A DNA stretch of 64,000 nt from Scyliorhinus canicula (taxonomy: Eukaryota), in assembly GCF_902713615.1 (NCBI RefSeq), contig NC_052161.1:132702678-132766677 (forward strand), given 5' to 3'. Below, piece after piece: positions 48,866 through 59,310 of this stretch. Below the pieces are notes generated by a model, which saw nothing but the letters and a program-made list of their open reading frames with translations, ran no database searches and was not told the origin of the DNA. Position 1 is the stretch's first letter; every line of letters starts with the position of its first letter. The position numbers and the translations under genes are program-made.

Positions 48866-49883
48866 GGATCCACCAGGATCCGAAGGTTTGCAGAGACGGA
48901 GTCCAGGGAGTTAGACATTCCCGCCAGGGACTGCGATCTCAACCTGTGAGTGCACGACACCATCCAGCACATGTGTCAGGCGGTTGATGCTCTCCGCGAC
49001 TGACTGCTGGGACTGTGCCATCGACTTCTGGGACTGTGCCATCGACTGCTGTGACTGTGCCATGGAGTGCTGCGACTGGGCCATGACCTGCTGAGACTCG
49101 GCCAAGGCCCGCAGCGCGCCGGCAATGTCGTGTTGGCTCTGGCGCATTGCTGCCTGTGAGAGGGCAACCCTGTCCAGGGCCGAGGATGACCCGTGCACAT
49201 TAAGCCCAACGCCTTGCATAACCTGACCCATTGCCTCCACCGCGGATGCCACCCGTGCGGTGTCGGCCTGGGTTGCTGCCATGAGCGGCACCACGCCCTG
49301 CTCCTGGATGCGGTTCGACTCCTCTAACAGCGTCTGCAGAATCTGGGAGACAGCCCTCATCCCGTCATTGTGTCCCTGGGTTTCTTGATGCATCGGCTGT
49401 GCGGGTGGGTTGAGAAAGTCCAGGAACTCGGAAAATGTCTGGGAGCCAGCTGCATGCTGGGCCTGGCCTGGCCTCCGCCAGTCCGGGCCCTCGGCTGCTC
49501 CGACCTCCACCTGCTGTACCTGCTCAGCTGTGATGTGCGACCCAGACTGTGACCCAGGAGCCTCATCACTAAATAGCCCAACCGGGGTGAGTGTCTCTGG
49601 GATGGTGGATGGTGTGGGAGATAGCTGTGCCGCAAGCTTGAGGTCGTCTTGGGTGGATGCCTCCTCGATGTCATCGGCCCGCTGAGAGGCCGCAGGGCGT
49701 TCGCGGGCCATTTCTCTCTCTTGCTCTGTCGCCGCCCTCTGGGCGCCCTGCTCCACAGATTTGGTGGGGAGGATGGGACTCCCCGCTGATCGGGCACCCT
49801 CTGTCGTGTGGCCCTGGGTGAGGTGGGGGCAGATGCCTGTGTCTGCCTGGAGGCAGGCGGCCTTGGCCGTTCGGCATCACGTC
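48866..49883 (-). pseudogene. Harbinger Myb/SANT-like gene, exon 3 (disordered linker plus coiled coil), frameshifted and truncated
   Basis: ttccctag acceptor. One frameshift is needed before about 49756 to enter ORF 48911..49756. A second shift near 48930 continues as SLAGMSNSLDSVSANLRILVD. Confidence 0.65.
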
Positions 49884-49937
49884 CTAGGGAAGAGAATGAA
49901 ACGGGTTATTTAGAGACGCTCGGCCGGGCGCTGGACG

Positions 49938-50605
49938 GTGACCCAGTGGGCAGGGTGTGAAGGGACAGAGGATGGGGGAGGTGTCCAAGTGGGCAGGGTG
50001 TGTGATGGGACAGAGGATGGGGGAGGTGTCCAAGTGGGCAGGGTGTGTGAAGGGACAGAGGATGGGGGAGGTGTCCAAGTGGGCAGGGTGTGAAGGGACA
50101 GAGGATGGGGGAGGTGTCCAAGTGGGCAGGGTGTGTGAAGGGACAGAGGATGGGGGAGGTGTCCAAGTGGGCAGGGTGTGTGATGGGACAGAGGATGGGG
50201 GAGGTGTCCAAGTGGGCAGGGTGTGTGAAGGGACAGAGGATGGGGGAGGTGTCCAAGTGGGCAGGGTGTGTGAAGGGACAGAGGATGGGGGAGGTGTCCA
50301 AGTGGGCAGGGTGTGTGAAGGGACAGAGGATGGGGGAGGTGACCCAGTGGGCAGGGTGTGTGAAGGGACAGAGGATGGGGGAGGTGTTCCAGTGGGCAGG
50401 GTGTGAAGGGACAGAGGATGGGGGAGGTGGCCCAGTGGGCAGAGTGCGTGAAGGGACAGAGGATGGGGGGAGGTGTCCAAGTGGGCAGGGTGTGTGAATG
50501 GACAGAGGATGGGGGAGGTGTCCAAGTGGGCAGGGTGTGTGAAGAGACAGAGGATGGGGGAGGTGACCCAGTGGGCAGGGTGTGAAGGGACAGAGGATGG
50601 GGGAG
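49938..50605. repeat. 45/43-bp G-rich minisatellite in intron 2 of the Harbinger Myb gene, about 15 copies
   Basis: Unit GGGCAGGGTGTGTGAAGGGACAGAGGATGGGGGAGGTGTCCAAGT. Confidence 0.95.
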
Positions 50606-50639
50606 GGGGGGGTTTGTTTGTTATGCAGGGTTGTCTCAC

Positions 50640-50796
50640 TTGTTGCAGCTCCGCCAACCTCGCATTGCGCGATCTCCCGAGTAGCAGATCCCCCAACAAG
50701 GTCCAGTGCCCTCTGCTCAAACGTGGTGAGGGGGCGCAGGATGGGCGAACCCCCTCCAGTCTTGTTCCGCTCACGAGTGTTGTGAGCGGTCTTGTC
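50640..50796 (-). CDS. Harbinger Myb/SANT-like gene, exon 2 (DKTAHNTRERNKTGGGSPILRPLTTFEQRALDLVG...)
   Basis: caacag acceptor in phase 0, typical post-Myb TGGG motif, A|gtgaga donor. Confidence 0.8.
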
Positions 50797-51066
50797 CTGT
50801 TGGGGGAGGGGGCATAGGTAGATCATTACAATACGGCAGGTATCAGCAGGCCGTTCAGATACTGGCACAGTTTGGGGGTCAAGTTGTAACAAGACCATTG
50901 CATCTCTCCAGGGGGGCCAGAGCGCTGGGTCTGTGACTACTTAGTGAACCACCCTCCACTCACTCTGCCCCAATCCCCTCCACCCCCCGTGCCAGGGGGG
51001 GAGATGGGTGATTAAGTTAAGGGGGGAGGGATGGTTGTGACCCGGGGGCACCCTCTTGGCACTTAC

Positions 51067-51303
51067 CCTGGCAGCCCTGGTGAGGTCGTGCATCTTCTTC
51101 CGACATTGGTCTGCAGAGCGAGGGGTCTGCCCCACAGCACTAACGGCAGCAGCAACTTCACGCCAGGCCTGACGCATCGCGCTGGCAGGGTGGCGATGCC
51201 CTCTATGCGGGCAGATGATGCCCCTCCTCTGCTCGATTGATTCGAGCAGCGTCTCCACGTCAGCCTCAACGAATCGCGGGGCTGCTCTCCTCAGCTCCGA
51301 CAT
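51067..51303 (-). CDS. Harbinger Myb/SANT-like (NAIF1/MSANTD-type) gene, exon 1
   Basis: RAAPRFVEADVETLL...RQAWREVAAAVSAVGQTPRSADQCRKKMHDL matches the Myb_DNA-bind_5/trihelix pattern. AGG|gtaagt donor, 79 codons. Confidence 0.85.
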
Positions 51304-52215
51304 CCTGGCCTAGTTTCTGTGCTCGGCCGCGCCCTTTTACAGTGTCGGGCGGCGTCACGTGGGCGTGTTCGTAGCGTCGCCACGTTCCGGCGTCATCGCG
51401 CACGTGATTGACGTAGCCCCGTTCCTAGCCCATTTCCCGGATGTGAATACCTCGGGAAATGGGCCGTGTCGGGCCGTCGCAAAAGTCGGCCGTTTTCACG
51501 GCCAACTTTGCGATTTTCCGCGGGTGCGGAGAATCACGCCCCCCATTCCTGGTGTTTCATGGTCAAAAATTTGTATTGGGACCAGAGGAAAAAATATTAG
51601 AGATGACCAAAAGTTAGTCAAAGAGATGGGCTTTAAGAAGGTCTTAAAGGAAGAGGCAAACACTTTTAGGGCGGTAATTCCTGATGCGAGACCCAGACGG
51701 CTGAAGTCAGGGTCAGCAAAGGAAGAGTGAAGGGAATAAGACCAGGTCAGGTTTCAGAGCTGGTAGAGATTATGTAGATGCATACAGAAGAGCTACATAA
51801 AGGGATTTGAGAACAAAACTATCTCATATCTGAGGCCCTGTAACTAAATAGGTAAGTGCGGTGAGTTTGTGGCCACGTGTTAGTCCTTGCTGCTTCGGTT
51901 AGCTGCAATGTGTCAGCTGTTCCCATGTGGATATTCTGAGAACGTGGCAGGGAATCTGTTTCAGGAGACACACAACCAGGTTCGCCGAGAGTCAAGTGAA
52001 TGAGCACCGTCCTCACTCCGCATATTCCTCAAAGCTTCAGCTGCAAGGATCAGCCACAGCTGGGCTGGTTCAATGGCATCTTTATGCAGCCCAGCAGATT
52101 CAGTTTACATCATCACTCCCCTGAAAGTGCAAATGAGCTGACCCAAGAAATTAAGATGTTAATATGTGTTGAACATTCCCAGTGTTTGAGGGAATGCTGT
52201 TCTGACAGAGGTACC

Positions 52216-53165
52216 GGGCGCTGTCGACCTGAATGGGGACAGAGTCCCACAGCGCCAGAGATTAGCCGAGTGTTTCCCGGCACTCAGAGCCAAGAAACAC
52301 CCTGCTATCCAACTCCCATCCGGTAGGATCAGGGAACTCAGCGAGTCACTCCCCGACGAGGACTCACTTGGCCACATTTTCTGTGCCGAGGGGCTCCATT
52401 TTTAAATGCCGTCCCGATCTCTCGCTGGATATACGCGGCCCGATCACCCCGCGCAAGAAATACCAGCATGGCACTTTGGCAGTGCCAGGCCGCAGTGCCA
52501 GGGTACCCGGAGGGCCTGCACCTGGGGTCCTCCAATCACCTGGGTGACCCCCACGAGTACCGTTCCATCTGGTCCTCGTTTGTGGAGACCACATGTGGTG
52601 GTATGACTAGGAGTGCTGCCATTGGGGCAGAGCACCGGTTTCCCATTGGCTCTGGCTCTCGGCTGATTGGCTGAGACTAGTCATGTGACTGCTCACCAAT
52701 TGGTCGAGAGGCAAGTAGACCCCGCCTCCAAGGCGGGATATAAGTACCCAGAGGTCCCGGCGGTCGGCCTTTCACTGTTGTCGACCACCGGGCTAACATC
52801 TAGCTGATTAAAGCCTAAGTTTGGACCTTCATCGTGCCTCGCGTCCAATTGATGGTACATCACCACCATTGAACGCTGCTCATCTGAGGTCTCCAAGGCG
52901 AGGGAGTTAGATTCCACGCCTTGGTTCATTCTCAGGAACGCATATTAGAGTGACATTCGCTGTCTCACTCTTCTATGCCGTTTGCCAGAAAGTGATTCCA
53001 CCCACAATGGGAGGGATTCACATCGCGACGTCTCACGAGATCGTGTTAGATCACGCAAGGCGTGTCAAGCCGGGTAAGATCCTGGAAGTGGGATCACCCC
53101 GCATCTACCGGTTGCGTTGCAGCGCATTGTTTATTGCGTGCAACGCGACCGATTAAATCCCACCC
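52216..53165. mobile_element. Long Harbinger-type MITE containing a solo LTR
   Basis: GGGCG.../...AATCCCACCC termini, 3-bp TSD ACC. Homologous to 20834-21645. Confidence 0.75.
52594..52862 (+). mobile_element. Gypsy solo LTR related to the 36-41 kb element
   Basis: TGTGGTGGTATGA...ATTGATGGTACATCA, flanks CCACA/CCACC. Confidence 0.88.
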
Positions 53166-53169
53166 ACCA

Positions 53170-53472
53170 TCTTTCAAAGGAGACGTTAAACTGAGAGCCC
53201 GACTTCCCTTTCAGGGGGACCTGAAATATCTGTCGGGAAGAGCAGGGCATTATCTCCGGTGGCCGAGCCAATATTTATCCCTCAATCAACATGACAAAAA
53301 CAGATTGTCTCGTCATTACCACACTGCTGTTTGTGAGAAGCGGCTGTGTGAAAACTGGTTGCCACATTTCCTACATTACAACAGCGACCACACATTAAAG
53401 GTTCTTAAACTGCGAAACATTTTGGGATGGTCCTGTGGTCATGAAGGGCGCTATGTAAATGCAAGTTTTTCT
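53170..53472 (+). mobile_element. DeuSINE 3' part (another copy at about 55330-55675)
   Basis: GAGACGTTAAACTGAGAGCCC...CGCTATGTAAATGCAAGTT tail. Confidence 0.6.
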
Positions 53473-53893
53473 TTCGGCAGGTGCAAATCTGCTTCTGTTG
53501 GTCCAAAAACGACACATTGTGAGAATCCCTCTGCCTCGTCTGAATGAACAATCTGGCTGGGATCTTCCTGGGAGCTGCTCCGCTGACCACTGCAACTTAG
53601 CCGGAGGTCTGTTCGAAACCCCAGGAGCTGGTGCATGGGCATGAAGTCAGCTATAGGGTGAGGAAGAGCATGCAATGGTCTGACTCCTACCCCCAGTAAT
53701 TAAACATAAATAAAGGGACAAAACTCCTAATCCAGGGTCACCAGTCATGATTGGGCAAAAAGCAGTGAACCCAGAGGTCAGAACTCACTGGATCACACTT
53801 CCTGTTTAGAATATTTATAAAAGAGTGTATTTCCAAAGTGGAGAATTTTGTTTTTAATTGCACACTTATATAAATATTTAACTGGAATGAACT

Positions 53894-54233
53894 GGACGCC
53901 ACGGTGGCACAGTGGTTAGCACTGCTGCCTCATTGCGGCAGGGACCCGGGTTCGATTCCCCACTGGGTCACTGTCTGTGTGGAGTTTGTACATTCTCCCC
54001 GTGTCTGCGTGGGTTTCATCCGGGTGCTCCAGTTTCCTCCCACAGTCTAAAGATGTGCAGGTTAGGTGGATTGGCCATGCTAAAATTGCCCCTGAGTGTC
54101 CAGGTTAGGTGGGGTTTGGGGATTGCAGGGATCGAGCAGGGGAGTAAGGCTAGGTAGGGTGCTCTCCCAGAGGGTCGGAGCAGAACCGATGGGCCAAACG
54201 GCCTCCTTCTGCACTGCAGGAATTCTATGATTC
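53894..54233 (+). mobile_element. HE1/V-SINE with CR1-like tail (further copies at about 55765-56080 and 61653-61995)
   Basis: Head, V-domain and CR1-like tail. Confidence 0.85.
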
Positions 54234-54637
54234 TTCACTGATTCTATTTGATACAAAACGTAGTGCAGCAAGAGTGCAATAGCTCTGTACCCACGCTGTG
54301 GTGTACCTGGCACAATGTGCAATGTTGTTCTCCTCGTGCATTCCCAACACAGCCAACCCAACCAGAGGCTGGTTTAGCTCACTGAGCTAAATCGCTGGCT
54401 TTTAAAGCAGACCAAGCAGGCCAGTAGAATGGTTCGATTCCCGTACCAGCCTCCCCGGACAGGCGCCGGAATGTGGCGACTAGGGGCTTTTCACAGTAAC
54501 TTCATTGAAGCCTACTTGTGACAATAAGCGATTTTCATTTTTTCATTTTTCAGCATAGAATTCAGGGATAACGGCGGCAAACAACGCAAACAGGACACAG
54601 AGGAAATCATGGGAAGTGAATCTAAGAGGAGACACAC

Positions 54638-55004
54638 CTTTCCTGGGTTTTGAAAATTCCACCGCTCGATAGAACCTCGCCTGTACTGTCTGATTGAGTA
54701 GTGGCTTCTTGTTCTCGTTCTGCAGTTTTATTGCTGTTGTATTCAGTTTGCCCTCCCAAATTGCAGTGTTCTCTGTACAAGCATTGGCTAATTCTGGTAA
54801 ACACTGGTTCCTTGCTCCTCCAGTGCTGTCATTTGTCTGGTCGTTTCTCACCCCAGTCTCATCAGTCACACTAATTATTTGGTTGGGTGGCACATTCTGA
54901 ACATCCTCACACCCTTCAACTGTGCCTGTCCCGAAAGCAGAATCGCATCTTTTGACGAACATCAGCTCACTCTCGTTCTGCTTGACCGCATTGTCAGGAT
55001 TCAT
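54638..55004 (-). CDS. Candidate TTLL10 N-terminal exon (MNPDNAVKQNESELMFVKRCDS...NKKPLLNQTVQ...)
   Basis: Non-repetitive, hydrophilic, disorder-like ORF on the gene strand. Possible donors AAAG|gtgtgt (54638, phase 1) or CAG|gcgagg (54681, phase 0). No recognised homology. Confidence 0.4.
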
Positions 55005-57735
55005 TCTGGGAGATTGCACAATCACATGGTGCTGTTGCAGCCTCTCGCGGTATTTTTGTCCGACGTGTCTTCTCTGTTTGCCCCCAGTGCAGGGTTTTGC
55101 TCAAGGTTTAAATTTTGAATTTCCTCCTGTTCTTCCGCTGCCCCGTTCTCGCCCACAGTGAGAGGTAGGAGCTTTTTCCCAGAAAGGCAATTGCTGGCAA
55201 GTAAACAGATGACATTGAACATTCAATATATTTTGTGCAAAAAATAACACATCAATTCATGCACTGGTATTCATTTCATTCTGTTTTGCCACAGCTGCGA
55301 GCACTTTCACAGTTACAATGCTGTTGCTTCAAGCCCCACTCTAGGACCTTGAGCACATAATCTTGGCTGGCACTCCATTGCAGTATCGAGGGAGTGCTGT
55401 ACTGTCAGAGGTGTGGACTTTTGGAGGAAACATTAATCTGAGGACCCATCAGCCTTCGAGAATAACCCAATGACAGTATGCAAAACATGAAGATTCTTCC
55501 TGTGTTCTTATCCCTCAACAATTAAGCCTGGTCATTTATCTCATTATTGTTTCTGGGATCTTTCTATGTATGCATGTTTGATACATTACACCTGTGACTT
55601 AACTTCAAAAGTAACTAATTGGTTTGCCAAGCACAATCCTAAAACAGTGAAAGGTGGTATATAAATGCAAACTTTGTTTCCCCTGTCTCGCGGCCTGCAA
55701 TTAATGACTTTCATCGAGTTTATTTCCTCCCTTATTCTATCTTGTGCTCCTATTCTATATGACCTGGTGGCATACTGGCCTGCACGACTGCCTCATGGCA
55801 CCAGGGACCCACGTTCAATTCCTGCCTTGGGTGACTGTCTATGCAGCATTTGCACTTTTTCCCCGTGTCTGCGTGGGTTTCCTCCCACAGTCCAAAGATG
55901 TGCAGGTTAGGTGGATTGGCCATGCTAAATTATCCCTTAGTGTCCAACGGTTAGGTGGGGTTACGGGATTACCAGGATCGTGGGGGGGGGGGGGGGGGGG
56001 TTTAGATAAGGGTGCTCTTTCAGAGGGTCAGTGTAGGCTCGATGGGCCGAATGGCCTCCATCTGCACTGTCGGGATTCTCTGAAATGCAGGAACCATGAT
56101 GAGTCTCTCGCAGACTTTCCGCCCTTCCTCGAAGACGGTATCTGACCTCCGCCTGACACTTGCGCGCCATGGGACAATTGGAATCAGTAACTCATCAGTG
56201 ACAAAGTATAACATAGAAATGCGGCTCCATAGCACTCACTTTTCCAAGCTCTAAACAGTATCTTAAGACTCAAAAACAGGCAGAAAGCACACATCCATCA
56301 TGAGCCAATCCTGCACCGTTTATTACATTAATACAGGAAAAAGAAGCGGCTTTGAGGGCCCACACCTGTAATGCACATTGCACCATGTAAAGGGAAGCTC
56401 CACCTCCATTCACAACCTCAACCAGGGTCCTTTCAACTCACACTCTCCGATTAGCAATCAACTGCCTGGTTTACTCAGCCCCTTAACTTAGCCGCCTAAT
56501 ATTTCACCTCACCCTGAGAAGGCAGACAGTATCTGTGTTTAATATCACATGTTCAATATTCAAAAACTGCCACTTGCCTCACAACTGCACTGGAGTGTCA
56601 GACAGGATATTGTGTCTGGAGTGGGATTTGAAACCACAACCCGCAGGCTCAGAAGTGCTGCCACTGAGTTACAGCCGATGCATAGTTAAATGTCGGTAAA
56701 GAAAAAATACATTGCAATGCTTGAGATCCATTCTTAAGTTGTGAAGTGTTCGAAACATATTGAAAAGACTAAAGATGACAATTTCACCGGAATTGCAGCC
56801 AAGGTAATTAACAGTAGAGATATTTGCTGTCTTTTTAAATCCAACAAATTAATACACTGAATATAACTCTGCATAAACTACTTAACACACTTGCTAATAA
56901 GACTGTGCCACCCAATCCATTTTGTACTTGAAAGTACTTACTGCAATCGTAGCTTGGCAAATATATCAGGAACTATAGTACATATCCTGCTCACACACTC
57001 AATATTTGTTTGGCAAATTGATGAGGGTCAGTCATTTCCCCCAGCACTGTAAACAACTGCTGTTACCAGGTTACAGCTGCTGGTTAGCTGAGTGTAATTA
57101 TAATTACAGCACCGGCTATTGAATATCTATCTAATCACAAGTCTTTGTGAAGAAGATTAATGGGGTCCTCAAAAGTTAGTCATTTGAACTGTAACTGATC
57201 TTACTTTATTCAGTCGCTGCTGAGGGATCACTTGTATCAAATAAATGTTGAGTGTGGCAATTAAACATAATTAGTTAAGACGTTGGAAAAGACCTGGAAA
57301 GCATTTCTGTTAAGAACGATTCATAAATGTTTGAAGGCACTGCGTCCAGTTTTTTAGGTGCAAGGTACAGCATGCGCCACCCCTCATATTTCGGCAGACT
57401 GCCATGTAGAGCTCCATGGCGGCAGTAATAAAATAGCTAATCACAATATTTAGATAAGGGTCCGACACATGTTGAAGGAAAGCTTTCTAATACTGGGCTT
57501 CCCCGGACATCGACTTGCCTTATGATAAACTTGTCTTGCAATTCATGGTGGATAACAAACAAAAGGATATAAGAGTGATAGGAGCAGACATAGAAACAAA
57601 CATAGAAAATTGAACCGGGAGGAGGCCATTCGGCCCTTTGAGCCTGTTCCGCCATTCATTATGATCATGGCTGATTATAAAGTTCAATACCCGCCTTCCC
57701 CCCATATCCCTTGATCCCTTAAACCCCAAGAGCTG

Positions 57736-58006
57736 TGATGCACAATCAATGGACACGAAACGTAGATAAAGTCCGAACGATAGGCTTTAATACACAAGAA
57801 GTGTACCCGGCAGCAGACGTGCAGAAGAATGGGCGACTGCCGGGGAACACGGGTTCTTATACCCCACATCGTAGGCGGAGCTACCTACCTCTCAGCCGAT
57901 TGGCTGAGAGGCACATGACATACCTGGGCCAATGGGCAGCGAGTCCTCTGCACCAATGGCAGCTCACACTTCCAGGTACCGTAGTACCCCTAGTCATACT
58001 ACCACA
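57736..58006 (-). mobile_element. Gypsy-type solo LTR inserted in a CR1 3' end
   Basis: TGTGGTAGTATGA...ATTGATTGTGCATCA on the minus strand, flanks AGCTG/AACTG. Confidence 0.85.
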
Positions 58007-58367
58007 AACTGCATCTAATTCCTTCTTGAAATTACAAAACATTTTAAGAACCTAAGAACTAGGAGCAGGAGTAGACCATCTGTCCCCTCGGTCATGCTCC
58101 GCCATTCAATAAGACCATGGCTGACCTTTCTGTGGACACAGCTCCACTTACTCGCCCACTCACCATAACCCTTAATTCTTTTACTGTTCAAAAATCTATC
58201 TATCTTTGCCTTAAAAACATTCATCCAAGTAGCTTCAACTGCTTCACTGGGCAAGGAATTCCACAGCTTCACAAGGCTTTGGGTGAAGAAGTTACCCCTC
58301 AACTCAGCCCTAAATCTGCTCCCCCTTATTTTGAAGCTATGCCCCCTAGTTCAAGTTTCACTCGCAA

Positions 58368-58665
58368 GTAGCAGAGTGGTTAGCACTGTTGCTTCACAGC
58401 GTCAAGGACCCGAGTTCGATTCCCGGCTTGGGTCACTGTCTATGCGGAGTCTGCATGTTCCCTCCGCGTCTGCGTGGGTTTTCTCCGGGTGCTCTGGTTT
58501 CCTCCCACAAGTCCTGAAAAACGTGCTGTTAGGTGAATTAGACATCCTGAATTCTCCCTCAGTGTACCCGAACAGGCACCGGAGTGTGGCGACTCGGGGA
58601 TCTGCACAGTAACTTCACTGCAGTGTTCATGTAAGCCTACTTGTGACATTAATAAAGATTATTAT
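58368..58665 (+). mobile_element. HE1/V-SINE head with Rex1-like tail, inserted in a CR1 fragment
   Basis: Same tail as 41715-42028. Confidence 0.8.
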
Positions 58666-58744
58666 AAGTGGAAACGACCTCCTGCTTCTCTCTTACCTAT
58701 TCCCTTCATAATTTTATATGTTTCTATAATCCAATCTAATCATG

Positions 58745-59310
58745 ATTGATCTTGTGGCTAAGAACAGGTGAGTAACTCACCTCCTGACTTCTCAAAGTCT
58801 GTCCACCATCTACAAGGCACAAATCAGGAGTGTAATGGAATACTCCCCACTTGCCTGGATGAGTGCAGCTCCAACAACACTCAAGAAGCTCGACACCATC
58901 CAGGACAACCTGCTTGACTGGCACCCCATCCATCACTTTCAACAGTCATCCCCTCTGCCACTGATGCACAGTGGCAGCAGTATGTGCCATCTCCAAGATG
59001 CACTGCAGCAACTCAACAAATCTCCTGTGATGGCACCTTCTAAATGCGCAACTTCTACCACTTACAACAGCCAGGGCACCAGATGCATGGGAACATTCAC
59101 CTGCAAGGTCTCCTCCAAGCCACATATAATTCTGCCTTGGAAATATAGCTTTGTCCCTTCACTGTTGCTGTGTCAACTCCCTTCCCTAACAGCACTGTGG
59201 GTGCACCAGTTTAAGAAGGCAGCTCACCACCTGCTTCTCAAGAGCAACTAGGAATGGGCAAGAAAATGCTGGTCTAACCAGCAACAACCAAGTCAAAAGA
59301 ACGAGGAAAA
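58745..59310 (+). mobile_element. RTE-X/L4-like LINE 3' fragment
   Basis: STIYKAQIRSVMEYSPLAWMSAAPTTLKKLDTIQD. Tail related to the MamSINE1-like SINEs. Confidence 0.65.

Larger units (their letters stand above)
48866..51541 (-). mobile_element. Truncated PIF/Harbinger transposon (one TIR plus Myb/SANT gene, transposase half missing)
   Basis: Right end GGAGAATCACGCCC matches the MITE TIR. CpG-rich 240-bp leader. The left end breaks off against a SINE tail. Confidence 0.8.

Noticed and set aside
49884-50898. 296-aa and 330-aa ORFs
   Set aside because: Mostly intronic minisatellite. Only 50640-50796 is supported as an exon.
54365-54450. tRNA gene-like A/B boxes (here and in many other copies)
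   Set aside because: These are SINE heads fused to LINE-like tails, not complete tRNA cloverleaves.
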